Shown: positions 39,366 through 50,419 of the stretch, piece after piece
Layout: each line of letters begins with the position of its first letter
Position numbering within the stretch: the first letter of the stretch is position 1
DNA from: Geopsychrobacteraceae bacterium
Lineage (GTDB): Bacteria > Desulfobacterota > Desulfuromonadia > Desulfuromonadales > Geopsychrobacteraceae
Direction of reading: 5' to 3'
NCBI GenBank assembly: GCA_963662315.1
Contig: OY759353.1
Location: 1,696,001-1,760,000 of the forward strand
Length of the DNA stretch: 64,000 bases
Position numbers and translations under genes: made by a program
Notes under the pieces: generated by a model
The model's database searches: none
Told to the model about the DNA's origin: nothing
Seen by the model: only the letters and a program-made list of their open reading frames with translations

Positions 39366-40877
39366 TTATTCTGTAGCACTGGATCTGCCATTATTTCTCG
39401 TCCGTTTATAACCCGTAACGACTGCAAATATGAGGGTGCAAACTAAGAAAAATAGACAGAAGGGACTGGTAAAGAAGATGCTGGCATCCATACTGGACAC
39501 CCTCATTGCTTGCCTAAAGCTGGTTTCAAGTTCGATTCCCAGAATAAAGGCAATAACTACTGGAGTGAGCTGGAAAGATCCTGAGCGGAGAACAAAGCCA
39601 ACCACACCGAAAACGACCATAACCAATGGGTCAAAGAGGTTGCCACGTGCAGCATAGGTCCCTAAAACACACAAGATAAAAATAAAGGGAAGTAAGAGAG
39701 ACTTTCTGACAGCAATAATTCTGACAAAAAATCGAAGTAACAGAGTTCCGACAAAAAACAATGCGACAACAGACAGAATAATAGCGATATAGATCTTGTA
39801 CACTTCGCCAATATGCTGAGTAAACAAAAGCGGTCCAGGCTTAACACCATGAGCGATAAATGCTCCCATCAAAATGGCAGTAACAACATCTCCAGGAATA
39901 CCTAATGTCAGCATAGGAACAAGCGCACCACCACACACTGCATTGTTTGCAGATTCAGGAGCAGCTACACCGTCGATAATACCTGTTCCAAATTTTTCAG
40001 GATATTTTGACCTACGCTTTGCATCCGCATAAGAAATAAAAGATGCTGTACTACCACCTAATCCAGGAAGAATTCCGATGAGACAACCATAAATCCCACC
40101 AAGAACACTATTCTTAAACTGACTGCAATATTCCTTGAAACTTAGTCGATTATCATCCATTGCGACAACATCGGCGGGCTTATTTAACTCTTCAACACTA
40201 TTTCCAGTTTGTATCAACAGTTCAGACAAGGCAAAAACACCGATAAAAAGTGGCAGCAACTGGATACCGTCATAAAGGTCGCCCAATCCAAAGGTAAACC
40301 GCTCTGTACCGTCTATCCTATCTGCACCGATTGCTCCAAAAAACAATCCTAATGAAATCAGAGAAAGGCCTTTCCAAAAATTATCACTACAGATCCCAGC
40401 AATCAGCACCAGAGTAAAAAGCATGATCCCAAAATATTCAGGAGGGCCAAATTTAAGAGAAAGTTTGGCTAGCAGATTAGCGGAAAGCATTAATATAATC
40501 GAACCGACTAACCCACCAGTACAAGAGGCCGACAAAGACATGCCTAGCGCTTTTCCAGCTTGGTTATTTTTTGCCATTTCGTAACCATCAAGAACTGTAG
40601 CAGCAGCGCTAGCAGATCCTGGGGTATTAATAAGAATCGCTGAAATGGATCCTCCATACATGGCCCCCATATAGGCACCAATTAGCGCCATCAAGGCATT
40701 ATTAGTTTCAAAATACAAACTCATTGGCAAAACTAAAGAGATTGTCATACTAGGACTAATACCAGGCAGCGACCCTCCAAGAATGCCAACAAAGACTCCG
40801 CAGACCAGATATAAAATTCCAACCATGGTCACTGTCTCACTTGCTACGGACAAAAACTGTTCCATCTCAAACTCCAA
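39366..40877 (-). CDS. tctA: Tripartite tricarboxylate transporter permease TctA, system 1
   Basis: GSLPG, YGGSISAILINTPG, FGPPEYF, PESANNA, LTLGIPG and PGPLLF motifs. Confidence 0.92.
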   Translation of the reverse strand: MEFEMEQFLSVASETVTMVGILYLVCGVFVGILGGSLPGISPSMTISLVLPMSLYFETNNALMALIGAYMGAMYGGSISAILINTPGSASAAATVLDGYEMAKNNQAGKALGMSLSASCTGGLVGSIILMLSANLLAKLSLKFGPPEYFGIMLFTLVLIAGICSDNFWKGLSLISLGLFFGAIGADRIDGTERFTFGLGDLYDGIQLLPLFIGVFALSELLIQTGNSVEELNKPADVVAMDDNRLSFKEYCSQFKNSVLGGIYGCLIGILPGLGGSTASFISYADAKRRSKYPEKFGTGIIDGVAAPESANNAVCGGALVPMLTLGIPGDVVTAILMGAFIAHGVKPGPLLFTQHIGEVYKIYIAIILSVVALFFVGTLLLRFFVRIIAVRKSLLLPFIFILCVLGTYAARGNLFDPLVMVVFGVVGFVLRSGSFQLTPVVIAFILGIELETSFRQAMRVSSMDASIFFTSPFCLFFLVCTLIFAVVTGYKRTRNNGRSSATE

Positions 40878-40880
40878 ACA

Positions 40881-41363
40881 TCAAGAAAACAAAGTGAATT
40901 CAGGTAAAGAAACCATAAAAACAGTACTGAACAAATAATAAGTGATCCCTATAAAAGCTGCGGCAAGCAGTATATTTTGCAGGTGATTCTTCCTGGATCC
41001 ATAGACATAAAAGAGAGACACAAGAGCAATAAATGAAGAAATCACATAACCCAAATATTCCATGCTCAAAATGTAAACAACGAGGAATGTAACTATAAAT
41101 ATTTGTTTACAATTTCGCCTCCAGAACCCCTGATCCAGCACTTGCTTAAAAGAAAGCTCGTACTTCTTTTTAAAAACAAAAAAACCGCTCAAAGAGAAAA
41201 TAAACATCGACAGAAGAGAAACATAGGGCCACATCCGAGGGCTAAACTCAGTCTGGGTCCCTTCAAACGCTTTCCCAACAAACTCTGGAATCAACAAAAC
41301 GGTAATCAACGAAAAAACCGTCAACACCAAAAACATCCTTGCCACGGCAGCCTCTTTCAACAT
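40881..41363 (-). CDS. tctB: TctB-like small membrane subunit, system 1
   Basis: Four to five TMs, PRMWP, LGYV and F.V.LP; first gene of tctBAC. Confidence 0.8.
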   Translation of the reverse strand: MLKEAAVARMFLVLTVFSLITVLLIPEFVGKAFEGTQTEFSPRMWPYVSLLSMFIFSLSGFFVFKKKYELSFKQVLDQGFWRRNCKQIFIVTFLVVYILSMEYLGYVISSFIALVSLFYVYGSRKNHLQNILLAAAFIGITYYLFSTVFMVSLPEFTLFS

Positions 41364-41375
41364 ATGAAAACCCCT

Positions 41376-41405
41376 TTCATCTTATCTTCATCTTATCTTC
41401 ATCTT
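41376..41405. repeat. Short tandem repeat, TTCATCTTATC x ~2.7
   Basis: Direct reading of the tctB1 5' leader. Confidence 0.7.
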
Positions 41406-41539
41406 TCGCCACATTCCAAATACCGCAAGCCACACTGAAAACATCTGATGCCGAAGAGAGATCAACAAAAAATCGTTAGAAGGCGGACGGTCTTATTTAG
41501 ATCGTTTGTTAACCTCAACTTCTATCCAACAGAAGCAAT

Positions 41540-41585
41540 GTTCACTAGATGAAATTTATATTACCTGGATACAAAATTGAGTCAA
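41540..41585 (-). promoter_or_regulatory. Promoter and island palindrome for tctBAC system 1
   Basis: Minus strand TTGACT-16-TAATAT followed by box TTTCATCTAGTGAAC (41540-41554). Confidence 0.65.
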
Positions 41586-42063
41586 GGGTTTTTCTTGTCC
41601 TAGAACATTATTTGTTAATAAAAAGTCTTGTCTCAGATGAGTTGTCGGGAGCATAGAGGAGAAAGGGAAACAAATCCTGGGTTACATATCACCACCCCAT
41701 CCCACCGGTGGTATTTCAAACCAAACTATTTACAGAAAAGGAGAGTTAGAGCGCAGACAAAAGCAAATCTTACGGAACGATTGTTTCATTCAAACCAGGC
41801 CTAGCCAAAACCTATCATTCCTGGAGGAATCTAATTATATTTGTGAGCACGCAACAATATTCACTTCTTGAAGACGGGCCATTAAAATAAAAAATAAGAT
41901 AAGGTCTGAAAATTGGAAAGAAGTTCTACTTTTTGGATATTTAATAAAGGGATAAAAAAAGACAATGCCGCTTAAACAAATAACCAACATTGTCTTTTGA
42001 TAACTAGACAGCTCAGAAAAAGCAATAAGAACAAATATGTCACCGGTTAAGGCTTACCAACTT

Positions 42064-43461
42064 TCAGTAAACCCGAAAAAGACTATCAACGGAGCTTTTA
42101 CATTCCAAAGATTTTATAAATTCATAACGTTCGTCCTTTGAGGCGTCAAAAGGAGTTCCTTCGATGAGACTGCCGAACTTAACACTCAGCTCATCCCAGC
42201 CAAAGGGGGATTCAACATCTCCCTGCGCAACGGGAACCCAACGATCAAACTTCCGACCATCAATTGTTTCCAAAACAATTCTAGCCGCACAAAAATGTGT
42301 TGGGTTATCGGTAAGATACTGCTGAACGTCATCATCCTTTAACACATTAATCTTTTTGGCCAAATCAATAACTTCCTGATCAGCAATACTATGGACCATC
42401 AACTCTTCAGAGTCGACTCGACCATGCTTAAGAGCAACAGCCGAAGAGAATTGAGCGCTGGCCTGCGCACCGACTGCTGTTACGGGTGTGGGGTTGGACA
42501 GACGCAGGATAAACGTCGTAGTGTAAATATTGACAGTTTTAATTTGATCAGGAAGCAGGTCGCCTTCTTCGCGAATATCCAGCATTCCATCGATAATAGC
42601 ATGCAGCCCCCGCTGACAGGCATGGCGCTTGAAATATATGTCGGAGATCTTGAAAGTACCTCCCAGATCAGTCAACACATTGTCCATGTTCAAATGGCCA
42701 CTGGTTCCCTTGAAGGCTTGAAAGAAAGCCTGCTTCCCCTCAAGAGCAGCATTAGGCCCGGTGTAGCCACAGGAGGCAAGGGCATGAGCTCGCATTCCAG
42801 TCATTGCCCCCCAACCACCACAGAATATCTTCCCCGACGTGCCATCATTCTGATACTCGATCAGCCCGCCGGTAAACAGTGAAGCAAGCCCCATGGCGTT
42901 TTTTATATCTTCTGCTGACGAACCGGCCATTTTCCCAACAATAGCTGCTGAAGCAATGGCTCCACAGACCCCCGTTGCATCAAATCCGCGTTCCCTGTAC
43001 ATAAAGGGATTAACAGCTTCACCAATACGGGCATAGACATCATAACCCGCCGTAAGCGCCGTTATGATATCTTTCCCGGTACGCCCATACAGCTGGGCCA
43101 TAGCCAGAACCAGCGGCACCAAACCCGACCCCGGGTGCCCCATGGCATGGCGATAGCCATCGTCAAGATCGGAACAGCGGGCCATCATGGTATGTACAAA
43201 CACTGCCGTCTGTTTATCAGCCATACGACCAGCAGCATCAATCACTGATACTTTTGATTCAGAAATGGGTTCAGTTTCAGATATCTTCAAATATTTCAAG
43301 ATATCATCCGCAGCCTCGCAATGCCGGCCATAGACAATATTGCCATAAGAATCGAGAATACATTGCTTTGCCACATCAACCACCCGGGCGGGGATATCAT
43401 CAAAGGATAAACCAGCGGCATAATCGGCAAGTCCATATACAAGATATTCTTTGTTTTCCAT
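42064..43461 (-). CDS. MmgE/PrpD family protein (paralog 3)
   Basis: AKQCILD, DLDDGY...GHPG, GYD, GFDAT, LEG and FKRHACQRGLH motifs. Confidence 0.88.
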   Translation of the reverse strand: MENKEYLVYGLADYAAGLSFDDIPARVVDVAKQCILDSYGNIVYGRHCEAADDILKYLKISETEPISESKVSVIDAAGRMADKQTAVFVHTMMARCSDLDDGYRHAMGHPGSGLVPLVLAMAQLYGRTGKDIITALTAGYDVYARIGEAVNPFMYRERGFDATGVCGAIASAAIVGKMAGSSAEDIKNAMGLASLFTGGLIEYQNDGTSGKIFCGGWGAMTGMRAHALASCGYTGPNAALEGKQAFFQAFKGTSGHLNMDNVLTDLGGTFKISDIYFKRHACQRGLHAIIDGMLDIREEGDLLPDQIKTVNIYTTTFILRLSNPTPVTAVGAQASAQFSSAVALKHGRVDSEELMVHSIADQEVIDLAKKINVLKDDDVQQYLTDNPTHFCAARIVLETIDGRKFDRWVPVAQGDVESPFGWDELSVKFGSLIEGTPFDASKDERYEFIKSLECKSSVDSLFRVY

Positions 43462-43555
43462 CCGAAAAACTCCTTACATACGATATATTATATTTAGTTG
43501 CCCCCCCAACAGAGACGGGGCAAAAACATCCTCTGCCAGCGAAGAGAAGTAAATT

Positions 43556-44935
43556 TTATATTTTTGCTATGAATTGCAAAAACAATTTACCGGCATGGGG
43601 CTCTTCCTCCAGCGAGGACATTTGCTTCCAGAGTTTTTCAGAACCGTCAACACCGAGGGTATTTTGGCCCAACACCATAAACTTCTCGCGGATAACGCCT
43701 TCTGGAAACGGACTTTCAGGGTCACCATCCGGGTAAATCTTGGTTTCGGTATACTCTTGACCATCCATCGTGCTCAGGACAACTTTAGCAGCTCCCCACA
43801 GACTTGAATCTTTCTTGGTCAGGTTGACCATCTCTTCATCTTTAATGACAGTCACCCGATCCGAAATAGCGGCAATCTCTTCACTATGGAGGCTTTCATG
43901 AATAAGGTCGTCTGTGACGTCTCGATGCTTAAGATAAATAGCCACGGCGTATGGCACACTGGTCTGGGCCTGGGCCATATCCTTGGGCTGATAGCCTCCA
44001 GCATCATAAAGGAATTGTCCGCCCAGAACCTTAATCTGTTTGACCTGAACGACATCCAGATTTTCCCGCTCGACAATTGTTCTGACCGCATCCAAAGTTG
44101 CGTGAATTCGCCGCACGCAGGCGTATTGCTTGAGATAGACATTCAAAATATCCCAAGTCAGTGAAGGGTTCTGCATATACTCGATGTTAGGTTCTGGCGA
44201 AAAGGCGTTGCAGAAACCAAGCCGTCCTTCAAACACATGGCTGGGACCACCGAGGCCATGCTTGGCAAGGTTTGCCGCAGCAATACCCAACTTTGCACCC
44301 CAACCTGCAACCAGGTATTTTTGAGCCGAACCGTCAATAGCTGACTGATTAAGCCCACCAGCAAGCGAAGCAGCCAATGAAATAGCATCGCTAATCTGAG
44401 ACGAAGAGAGCCCCATCAGGGTTCCCGCAGCAATCGCCGCGGCGCCAGCCCCACAAACGCATGTTGCGTCGACCCCACGCTTCAAATAACCCGTTGGGTT
44501 GATGACACGTCCCTGATAGCAATAAACCTCATACCCTTTGATAATTGCTTCCAGCAGTTTCTTTCCGGAAACGCCCGGTAGAGTAATCGCCATCGCAATG
44601 GCTGCCGAATTGATGGCAACTCCCGGATGTGCCATGGCAAAACGGTGACCATCATCAATATCGAGCATTCGAGCTGTACTTCCCATCCAGAGAGCAGCAT
44701 CCTCGGCGCGGCTTATAACACCTTTCCCACCTAAAGCGTTTCTCAGATTAATGGATTCCGGCTTCCTTGTCCCTTCACTAAAGATGGCAACAAAATCGGC
44801 GAGACATTCCTTGGCTTTATTAACAACTTCACTAGGAGCGTTGTCATAAGAAATTTTACACATAACGTTTACAAGCTTATCAAGACAGCTTAAATCCTCT
44901 TTTTGGCCGACAACCATAGCTTTATTCCTCCACAT
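43556..44935 (-). CDS. MmgE/PrpD family protein (paralog 4; start uncertain)
   Basis: AKECLAD, DIDDGH...AHPG, GYE, GVDAT, FEG..G, LKQYACVRRIH and GDPESP motifs. Confidence 0.88.
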   Translation of the reverse strand: MWRNKAMVVGQKEDLSCLDKLVNVMCKISYDNAPSEVVNKAKECLADFVAIFSEGTRKPESINLRNALGGKGVISRAEDAALWMGSTARMLDIDDGHRFAMAHPGVAINSAAIAMAITLPGVSGKKLLEAIIKGYEVYCYQGRVINPTGYLKRGVDATCVCGAGAAAIAAGTLMGLSSSQISDAISLAASLAGGLNQSAIDGSAQKYLVAGWGAKLGIAAANLAKHGLGGPSHVFEGRLGFCNAFSPEPNIEYMQNPSLTWDILNVYLKQYACVRRIHATLDAVRTIVERENLDVVQVKQIKVLGGQFLYDAGGYQPKDMAQAQTSVPYAVAIYLKHRDVTDDLIHESLHSEEIAAISDRVTVIKDEEMVNLTKKDSSLWGAAKVVLSTMDGQEYTETKIYPDGDPESPFPEGVIREKFMVLGQNTLGVDGSEKLWKQMSSLEEEPHAGKLFLQFIAKI

Positions 44936-45305
44936 TGTTGTTTGAGAACATCTATCCCGAAATTGCAGACATCCATCAAAAGAAGTCCTCTATATGAAAG
45001 TACTAAAACATCAAATCCGGCTACCGTCTAGCAAAAACTAAATCCATTATGAGAAATAAATTCAATTTTATGCCGATTATTAAGCCGTTACTAGCGATAA
45101 CTGGCCCCCAATATCAACTGAGCCACAAGAATACCGACCCAAAAGCCTCTCTAGTAAAATCATATTTTGCTAGTTGAAATTTCATAAAAACTAGAATAAA
45201 AATAATATCTGTTTTCGGTCTATCGTTCCTCAGTGGGGTGGCCGACCGGCAACAAACCTACCCTCAACACTAAACAATCTCATAACTTCATAGGCTCCTC
45301 ACATT

Positions 45306-46604
45306 ATGAATGAAGACAATCCCGATTCACTTCCAAGTCGAATGATCCGTTTCGTTACCGAAATTACCGGAGCAAGATTTTTTCCTTCTTTGCCCTTGCG
45401 CAAAATATTAACAGCACTCCGCTACCCCAACTTTCGCCTTTGGTTTATAGGCCAGGTCGTTTCACTCATCGGTACCTGGATGCAGACCGCGGCCCAGGGC
45501 TTTCTTGTTTTTGAGTTAACGCACTCCCCTGCCTATCTCGGTTATGTCGGCTTTGCAACCGGGGTTCCTTCATTGTTCCTGATCTTGTTCGGCGGAGTTT
45601 ATGCCGATCGGATGTCACGCCGCAAATTACTGTTGATCACCCAGACAGTCATGATGATATTGGCATTTATTCTTGCGGGTATTACTTTTCTTGGTATCGT
45701 CAAGCCCTGGCATATCATTATTTTGGCGCTATTCGTGGGGACAACTAATGCATTTGATGCCCCGACCAGACATGCGATAGTCCCTGAGCTGGTTGATCGC
45801 CAGGACTTGTCGAATGCCATCGCCCTTAATTCAAGTATGTTTAATTTAGGCATCCTGATCGGTCCCGCTGTTGCCGGTTTGGTCTATGTGAAATTCGGAC
45901 CGGCCTGGTGCTTTGCGATAAATGGGATTTCATTTATTGCCGCCATCTCCGCCCTGGCAAAGATGAAGCTAAAACCTTTCATCTCCAGGTCCAATTCCAG
46001 CGCACCTCTGGACGACCTCAAAAAAGGGATGAAATATGCAATGGAGCACCAAAACATTCGTATCCTGGTCAGCATTGTTGCAGTCATGTGCCTTTTTGGC
46101 ACCGTTTATATGACGTTAATCCCCGCATGGGCGGTCAGGGTCCTTGGCGGGGATGCCGCAACAAATGGTTGGCTACTGTCCACACGCGGGATAGGCGCAC
46201 TTAGCGGGGCGATCATGATTGCCGCCCTGGGGCGATTTCAATTCAAAGGAAAATTATTAACAATTGGCAAGTTCATCTTTCCTATTATGCTTCTCATTTT
46301 TGCCAATCTCCGTTCCGTTCCCCTGTCGTTACTGACCATGGTTGGTGTTGGCTGGGGCTTCATGATCACCTTCAACATGCTAAACTCATTAATCCAATCA
46401 GAAGTCGCTGATGAATATCGGGGACGTGTTGTCAGCCTGTACACGTTTTGTATTTTCGGTTTAAATCCAATAGGAGCGCTTCTGGCAGGTTGGGAAGCAG
46501 AATTTTGGGGTGAGCCGACAGCCATCATTATCAGCGCTGGAATTACTCTGACTTATTCGGCATGGGTTTTTTATAAAGCACCACAGTTACGTCAATTGGA
46601 ATAA
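45306..46604 (+). CDS. MFS transporter (MFS_3/DUF894-like)
   Basis: YPNFRLWFIGQVVSLIGTWMQ, GGVYADRMSRR, NAIALNS and YRGRV motifs; 12 TMs. Confidence 0.9.
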   Translation: MNEDNPDSLPSRMIRFVTEITGARFFPSLPLRKILTALRYPNFRLWFIGQVVSLIGTWMQTAAQGFLVFELTHSPAYLGYVGFATGVPSLFLILFGGVYADRMSRRKLLLITQTVMMILAFILAGITFLGIVKPWHIIILALFVGTTNAFDAPTRHAIVPELVDRQDLSNAIALNSSMFNLGILIGPAVAGLVYVKFGPAWCFAINGISFIAAISALAKMKLKPFISRSNSSAPLDDLKKGMKYAMEHQNIRILVSIVAVMCLFGTVYMTLIPAWAVRVLGGDAATNGWLLSTRGIGALSGAIMIAALGRFQFKGKLLTIGKFIFPIMLLIFANLRSVPLSLLTMVGVGWGFMITFNMLNSLIQSEVADEYRGRVVSLYTFCIFGLNPIGALLAGWEAEFWGEPTAIIISAGITLTYSAWVFYKAPQLRQLE

Positions 46605-46675
46605 TGATAACGTTAAATTTTTTTGTGTGGTTGGTTTGTATTCATTGGAAGGCGAATATATTTACATTTCAGTAC

Positions 46676-46704
46676 AAAAAAACCGGGCTGGCTTGGCAGC
46701 CCGG
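46676..46704 (-). terminator. Rho-independent terminator of tct system 2
   Basis: CCGGGCTG / CAGCCCGG stem with an A7 run on its left. Confidence 0.75.
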
Positions 46705-46719
46705 CCATAATACTGGTAT

Positions 46720-47718
46720 TTATTTCATGATACCGGCGGCTTTAAGCTGAACCTCTGCCGTGGCACTGATTTTCTTTACAAACCGAGTATATTCTTCAGG
46801 GCCCTTCCAAGAATCGGTGACTCCCGTAGTCTCTCTATAATTCTGATAATACTCGGATTTCATAGCTTCATGAAAAGCATCAGAAATTTTTTGCTGCACT
46901 TCCATCGGTATATCTTTGGGACCGTAAACGCCGCGAACCTGGACCCAACTTGTGTCAACTTCAACATCCTGCTCGCCGAAAGTTTTAATGTTATCTAAGG
47001 GTGGAGCAAGACGCTTCTCTCCCAGAACGGCAATGCCCTTTACGCGATTGGATTCGAAAAACGGTTTAAGCGGGCCTCCGTTAGTGATTCCAACATCAAC
47101 ATGGCCACCTAGAACCGCAGTAATAATATCTGGAGTTGCTGCAAACCCAACCCAGTTAAATTTGACATCAGCAGCAGTCTCAAGCATAGAGGTACCGATG
47201 TTTTGCATCGAGCCGACCGGGCCAAAACCACCCACATTGACAGAGTTTGGATTTTCTTTGGCTTTTTTGATCAAATCCTGAAGAGAGTTGATATTCGAGT
47301 CTTCGCGAACAAAGTAAATAATTGGGTCTTCCTGTACAGTTGCGATCCAAGCGAAATCATCAGGAGAGAAAGTCCCTTTCAAGTTTGTCAGCATTCCGGT
47401 AAAATGGGACAAAGTATTTATCCCAATTGTCAGACCATCAGGCTTTGCAGCCTTAATCCTAGACATCTGGTTTGCCCCACCTCCACCAGGGGCATTAATA
47501 ACTGCGACAGTTTGACCAATAATTGGCTCGAGAGGCTTGGCCAGAGTCCTGATAAAAATGTCAGAAGTTCCGCCAGGTTTTGTATGCATAATGACATTAA
47601 GCGTCCCAGAGGGCCAATTTGATTCTGCTGCAGCTATGCCACCATACCCAACTAGTAGCACCAGCGCCCCAAGAAAAGTGCAGACTAGATTCCGAAATCT
47701 TTTGGTGTTATTCAACAT
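46720..47718 (-). CDS. tctC: TctC/Bug substrate-binding protein, system 2
   Basis: Signal peptide; KPGGTSD, NAPGGGG, AKPDG and AVLGGHVD motifs. Confidence 0.9.
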   Translation of the reverse strand: MLNNTKRFRNLVCTFLGALVLLVGYGGIAAAESNWPSGTLNVIMHTKPGGTSDIFIRTLAKPLEPIIGQTVAVINAPGGGGANQMSRIKAAKPDGLTIGINTLSHFTGMLTNLKGTFSPDDFAWIATVQEDPIIYFVREDSNINSLQDLIKKAKENPNSVNVGGFGPVGSMQNIGTSMLETAADVKFNWVGFAATPDIITAVLGGHVDVGITNGGPLKPFFESNRVKGIAVLGEKRLAPPLDNIKTFGEQDVEVDTSWVQVRGVYGPKDIPMEVQQKISDAFHEAMKSEYYQNYRETTGVTDSWKGPEEYTRFVKKISATAEVQLKAAGIMK

Positions 47719-47895
47719 AATAAACTGTCTCCTTTGATCAGAAAAAAATGAAAATACCCACACGCACACTTTTGTTGCATTGTTTCCAGCTATCGGCCTC
47801 CTTCCTCAAAATGACAATTCATATTGATCCAGAACCTATCAAATGCCCCGAGGAATCAACCCAGCAAGGTTCAAGATGAACCCCTGTCTTAGAAC

Positions 47896-49395
47896 TCAAT
47901 CCTCCTCTTTCCGCTTCATTATTTTCAACCGAAGCAAGTTGAATACAGGCAACAAGAAAGTCATCGTCGCAATGCTCAGCAAGACAACCGTAAATGGAGA
48001 TGTATAAAAAATTGACCATTCACCTTTTGAAGCAATCAATGCTCGCCGGAAATTTGTTTCCATCATTCCGCCCAAAACCAAAGCGAGGATAATAGGTGCA
48101 AGGGGTATGTTTACCTTTCTAAGAAAGTAGCCCAGAATTCCGAATCCTGTAGTTACATAGACTGGAAACATGGTTGTTTCAGAGGCATAAGATCCAACAA
48201 GTGTGATCCCTGCGACAATCGCCGCAATTGCAGGCCTGGGGATATTGGCAACCTGCGACCAAATGCGGGCACCTGCCAAACCTATCAAAACCATAGCGGG
48301 CACCCCAATCCATAACGATGCAAAAATTGTATAAGGGATCTCTGGGTGACGAGTAAAAAGCAGTGGCCCCGGCTGAATTCCTTGAACCATCAATGCGCCT
48401 ATCATAATGGCGGTTGTTGGAGACCCTGGGATCCCTAGAGCCAACAGAGGGGCAAGAGCTCCGGCAACCGCACCATTATTTGCGGCTTCTGATGCTGCCA
48501 CTCCTTCAATTGCTCCATTTCCAAAACGCTCGGGAGTTTTAGAAAGTCTTTTGGTCACCGCATAAGAAATGAAAGAAGCAATGGAGGCACCAGCACCCGG
48601 AATAACCCCAATGACATAACCAAGGACTGAACTGCGTGCCAGTACAGCCTTCATATTTGTAAATGTCTTTAAGGGGACATTGAAAAGACCTCCAACCGCC
48701 TTACTCTTTAATTTTTGCGTTGCGCCTTCTTCGATCATGAACAGTACTTCCGAAAGGGCATAGAGACCGAGCAATACCGGAACGAGAGGAAATCCATCAA
48801 AAAATTCGGTATGGTAGACAAAACGCGGCGCTCCAGTTTGGGGATCAAGACCGACCGTTGCAATCGCAAGCCCAATTCCCATCGAGATTGCACCCTTCAA
48901 GGCAGAACCTTCTGAGAGCCCTGCAACAAGACTCAAACCAACAAGAGCAAGAGCAAAGTACTCGCCGGGACCGAAACGAAGGGCAAATTCAGAAAGAGGG
49001 ACTGCAGTAAAAACCAAAAACACCGTGCTACAAAGAACTCCCATCCCGGAAGCGACGATAGAAACTGTCAAAGCTTCTCCAACTCTGCCTTGTTGGGACA
49101 AAGGATACCCATCCCAAGATGTGGCAACCGCTGCCGCAGTTCCTGGAGAATTGATGAGAATTGCCGTGATCGCTCCCCCGTATTCCGCAGCAGTATAGAG
49201 CGCAACAAGACCGACAATGGCAACAACCGGATCCATTCCATATGTAAAAGGTATCAACAAAGCAACTCCCAAACTCGGACCAAGACCGGGAATCGCACCA
49301 ACGAGATAGCCGATAAAAGCACACCCTACAAGCGAAGCCCAGACAAACGGGTCACCAAAGGCTGAGAAACCTGCCAATAGATTTTCAATAATCAT
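47896..49395 (-). CDS. tctA: TctA permease, system 2
   Basis: GAIPGLG, EYGGAITAILINSPG, FGPGEYF, SEAANN, LALGIPGS and PGPLLF motifs. Confidence 0.92.
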   Translation of the reverse strand: MIIENLLAGFSAFGDPFVWASLVGCAFIGYLVGAIPGLGPSLGVALLIPFTYGMDPVVAIVGLVALYTAAEYGGAITAILINSPGTAAAVATSWDGYPLSQQGRVGEALTVSIVASGMGVLCSTVFLVFTAVPLSEFALRFGPGEYFALALVGLSLVAGLSEGSALKGAISMGIGLAIATVGLDPQTGAPRFVYHTEFFDGFPLVPVLLGLYALSEVLFMIEEGATQKLKSKAVGGLFNVPLKTFTNMKAVLARSSVLGYVIGVIPGAGASIASFISYAVTKRLSKTPERFGNGAIEGVAASEAANNGAVAGALAPLLALGIPGSPTTAIMIGALMVQGIQPGPLLFTRHPEIPYTIFASLWIGVPAMVLIGLAGARIWSQVANIPRPAIAAIVAGITLVGSYASETTMFPVYVTTGFGILGYFLRKVNIPLAPIILALVLGGMMETNFRRALIASKGEWSIFYTSPFTVVLLSIATMTFLLPVFNLLRLKIMKRKEED

Positions 49396-49407
49396 TACGA
49401 ATTCCTC

Positions 49408-49914
49408 TTATGGAAAATGAACTTTAAGAGCGACTACAAAGACAACATAAATAAACAATACGAGGGCAACAGGGACACAAACCAGGTGAAATGGGCGCCT
49501 TTCCCCACAGGCCAGCATGGTTAAAAAAGCTCCAATACCGACACAAGCAACAACTCCCATCAGTTCGAAGAGCAGCGCTTGGGCAATGACTATTCCAATT
49601 GCAGCAACTACAAAAAATGGTCGTTTAGCGACAACAATTCCAAAGATCTTCCCGCCGATTACCAAATGATAAATAGAAATAACAAGCATCAAAATAATGC
49701 CTATTAATGTCGCTATACCCAGCAACATAGGGAATCCGCCGGCACCGATATCCATGGCGTTGTATGGTTTTGGTAGTGAGTAGGCCTCAAATAAATAAAA
49801 AGAAATCGTGGCAAGCAAGGCAAGTCCAATAATTAACTCTAAAGCAGGTAGAGGAATGCGAAAGGAACTGTTACTTTCAATTGAAACTTGCTGGTCGCTG
49901 TCTCTTTGCGCCAT
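49408..49914 (-). CDS. tctB: TctB-like subunit, system 2 (alternative in-frame start 49971)
   Basis: IGAGGFP, hydrophobic helices, FV.AL.V.FP; TAAGGAG RBS. Confidence 0.8.
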   Translation of the reverse strand: MAQRDSDQQVSIESNSSFRIPLPALELIIGLALLATISFYLFEAYSLPKPYNAMDIGAGGFPMLLGIATLIGIILMLVISIYHLVIGGKIFGIVVAKRPFFVVAAIGIVIAQALLFELMGVVACVGIGAFLTMLACGERRPFHLVCVPVALVLFIYVVFVVALKVHFP

Positions 49915-50419
49915 TGTCGACTCCTTATCATTGACAGGACTTTGATCTTCTGCGATCGCATTTGACATCATGAACCTCCCTTTACAAAAACCATCCGAGA
50001 GCTTTTTTACTGCTGCCTTGCCATGATAACGGCTCTGCAAGCGCTCCCTACCTAGCCCCTCTCCGCTCAAAACATTTTTTTCCAAATCACTGTTTTACTA
50101 ATTTGATTGCAGAGTGAGGCAACAATAACTTTTCGTCAATGCATTAATCCTCCATATGATGTTGACTAAAACTCAAATTAAACCACAACCTTTGCATATC
50201 TCTAGCATCAATAAACCCACCAAAAACGATAATGGAATATAAATTTTTCTACACTAATTAAGATACTTAGAAAAAGATCTCATCACAGACAGGTGATTTC
50301 AAATCACCTCAACCGAACGGCATCTCATTGATTGACTTGCAAGGGAAATTATCTCAATGACGTTCGGAAACTCTAAATGGCAACGGTCAGCTTTCAGATT
50401 AGAAATCTGATCTTTCCCG

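Noticed and set aside
41376..41405. Phase-variable repeat in the tctB1 leader
   Set aside because: Fewer than three copies of an 11-bp unit; too short to argue for phase variation
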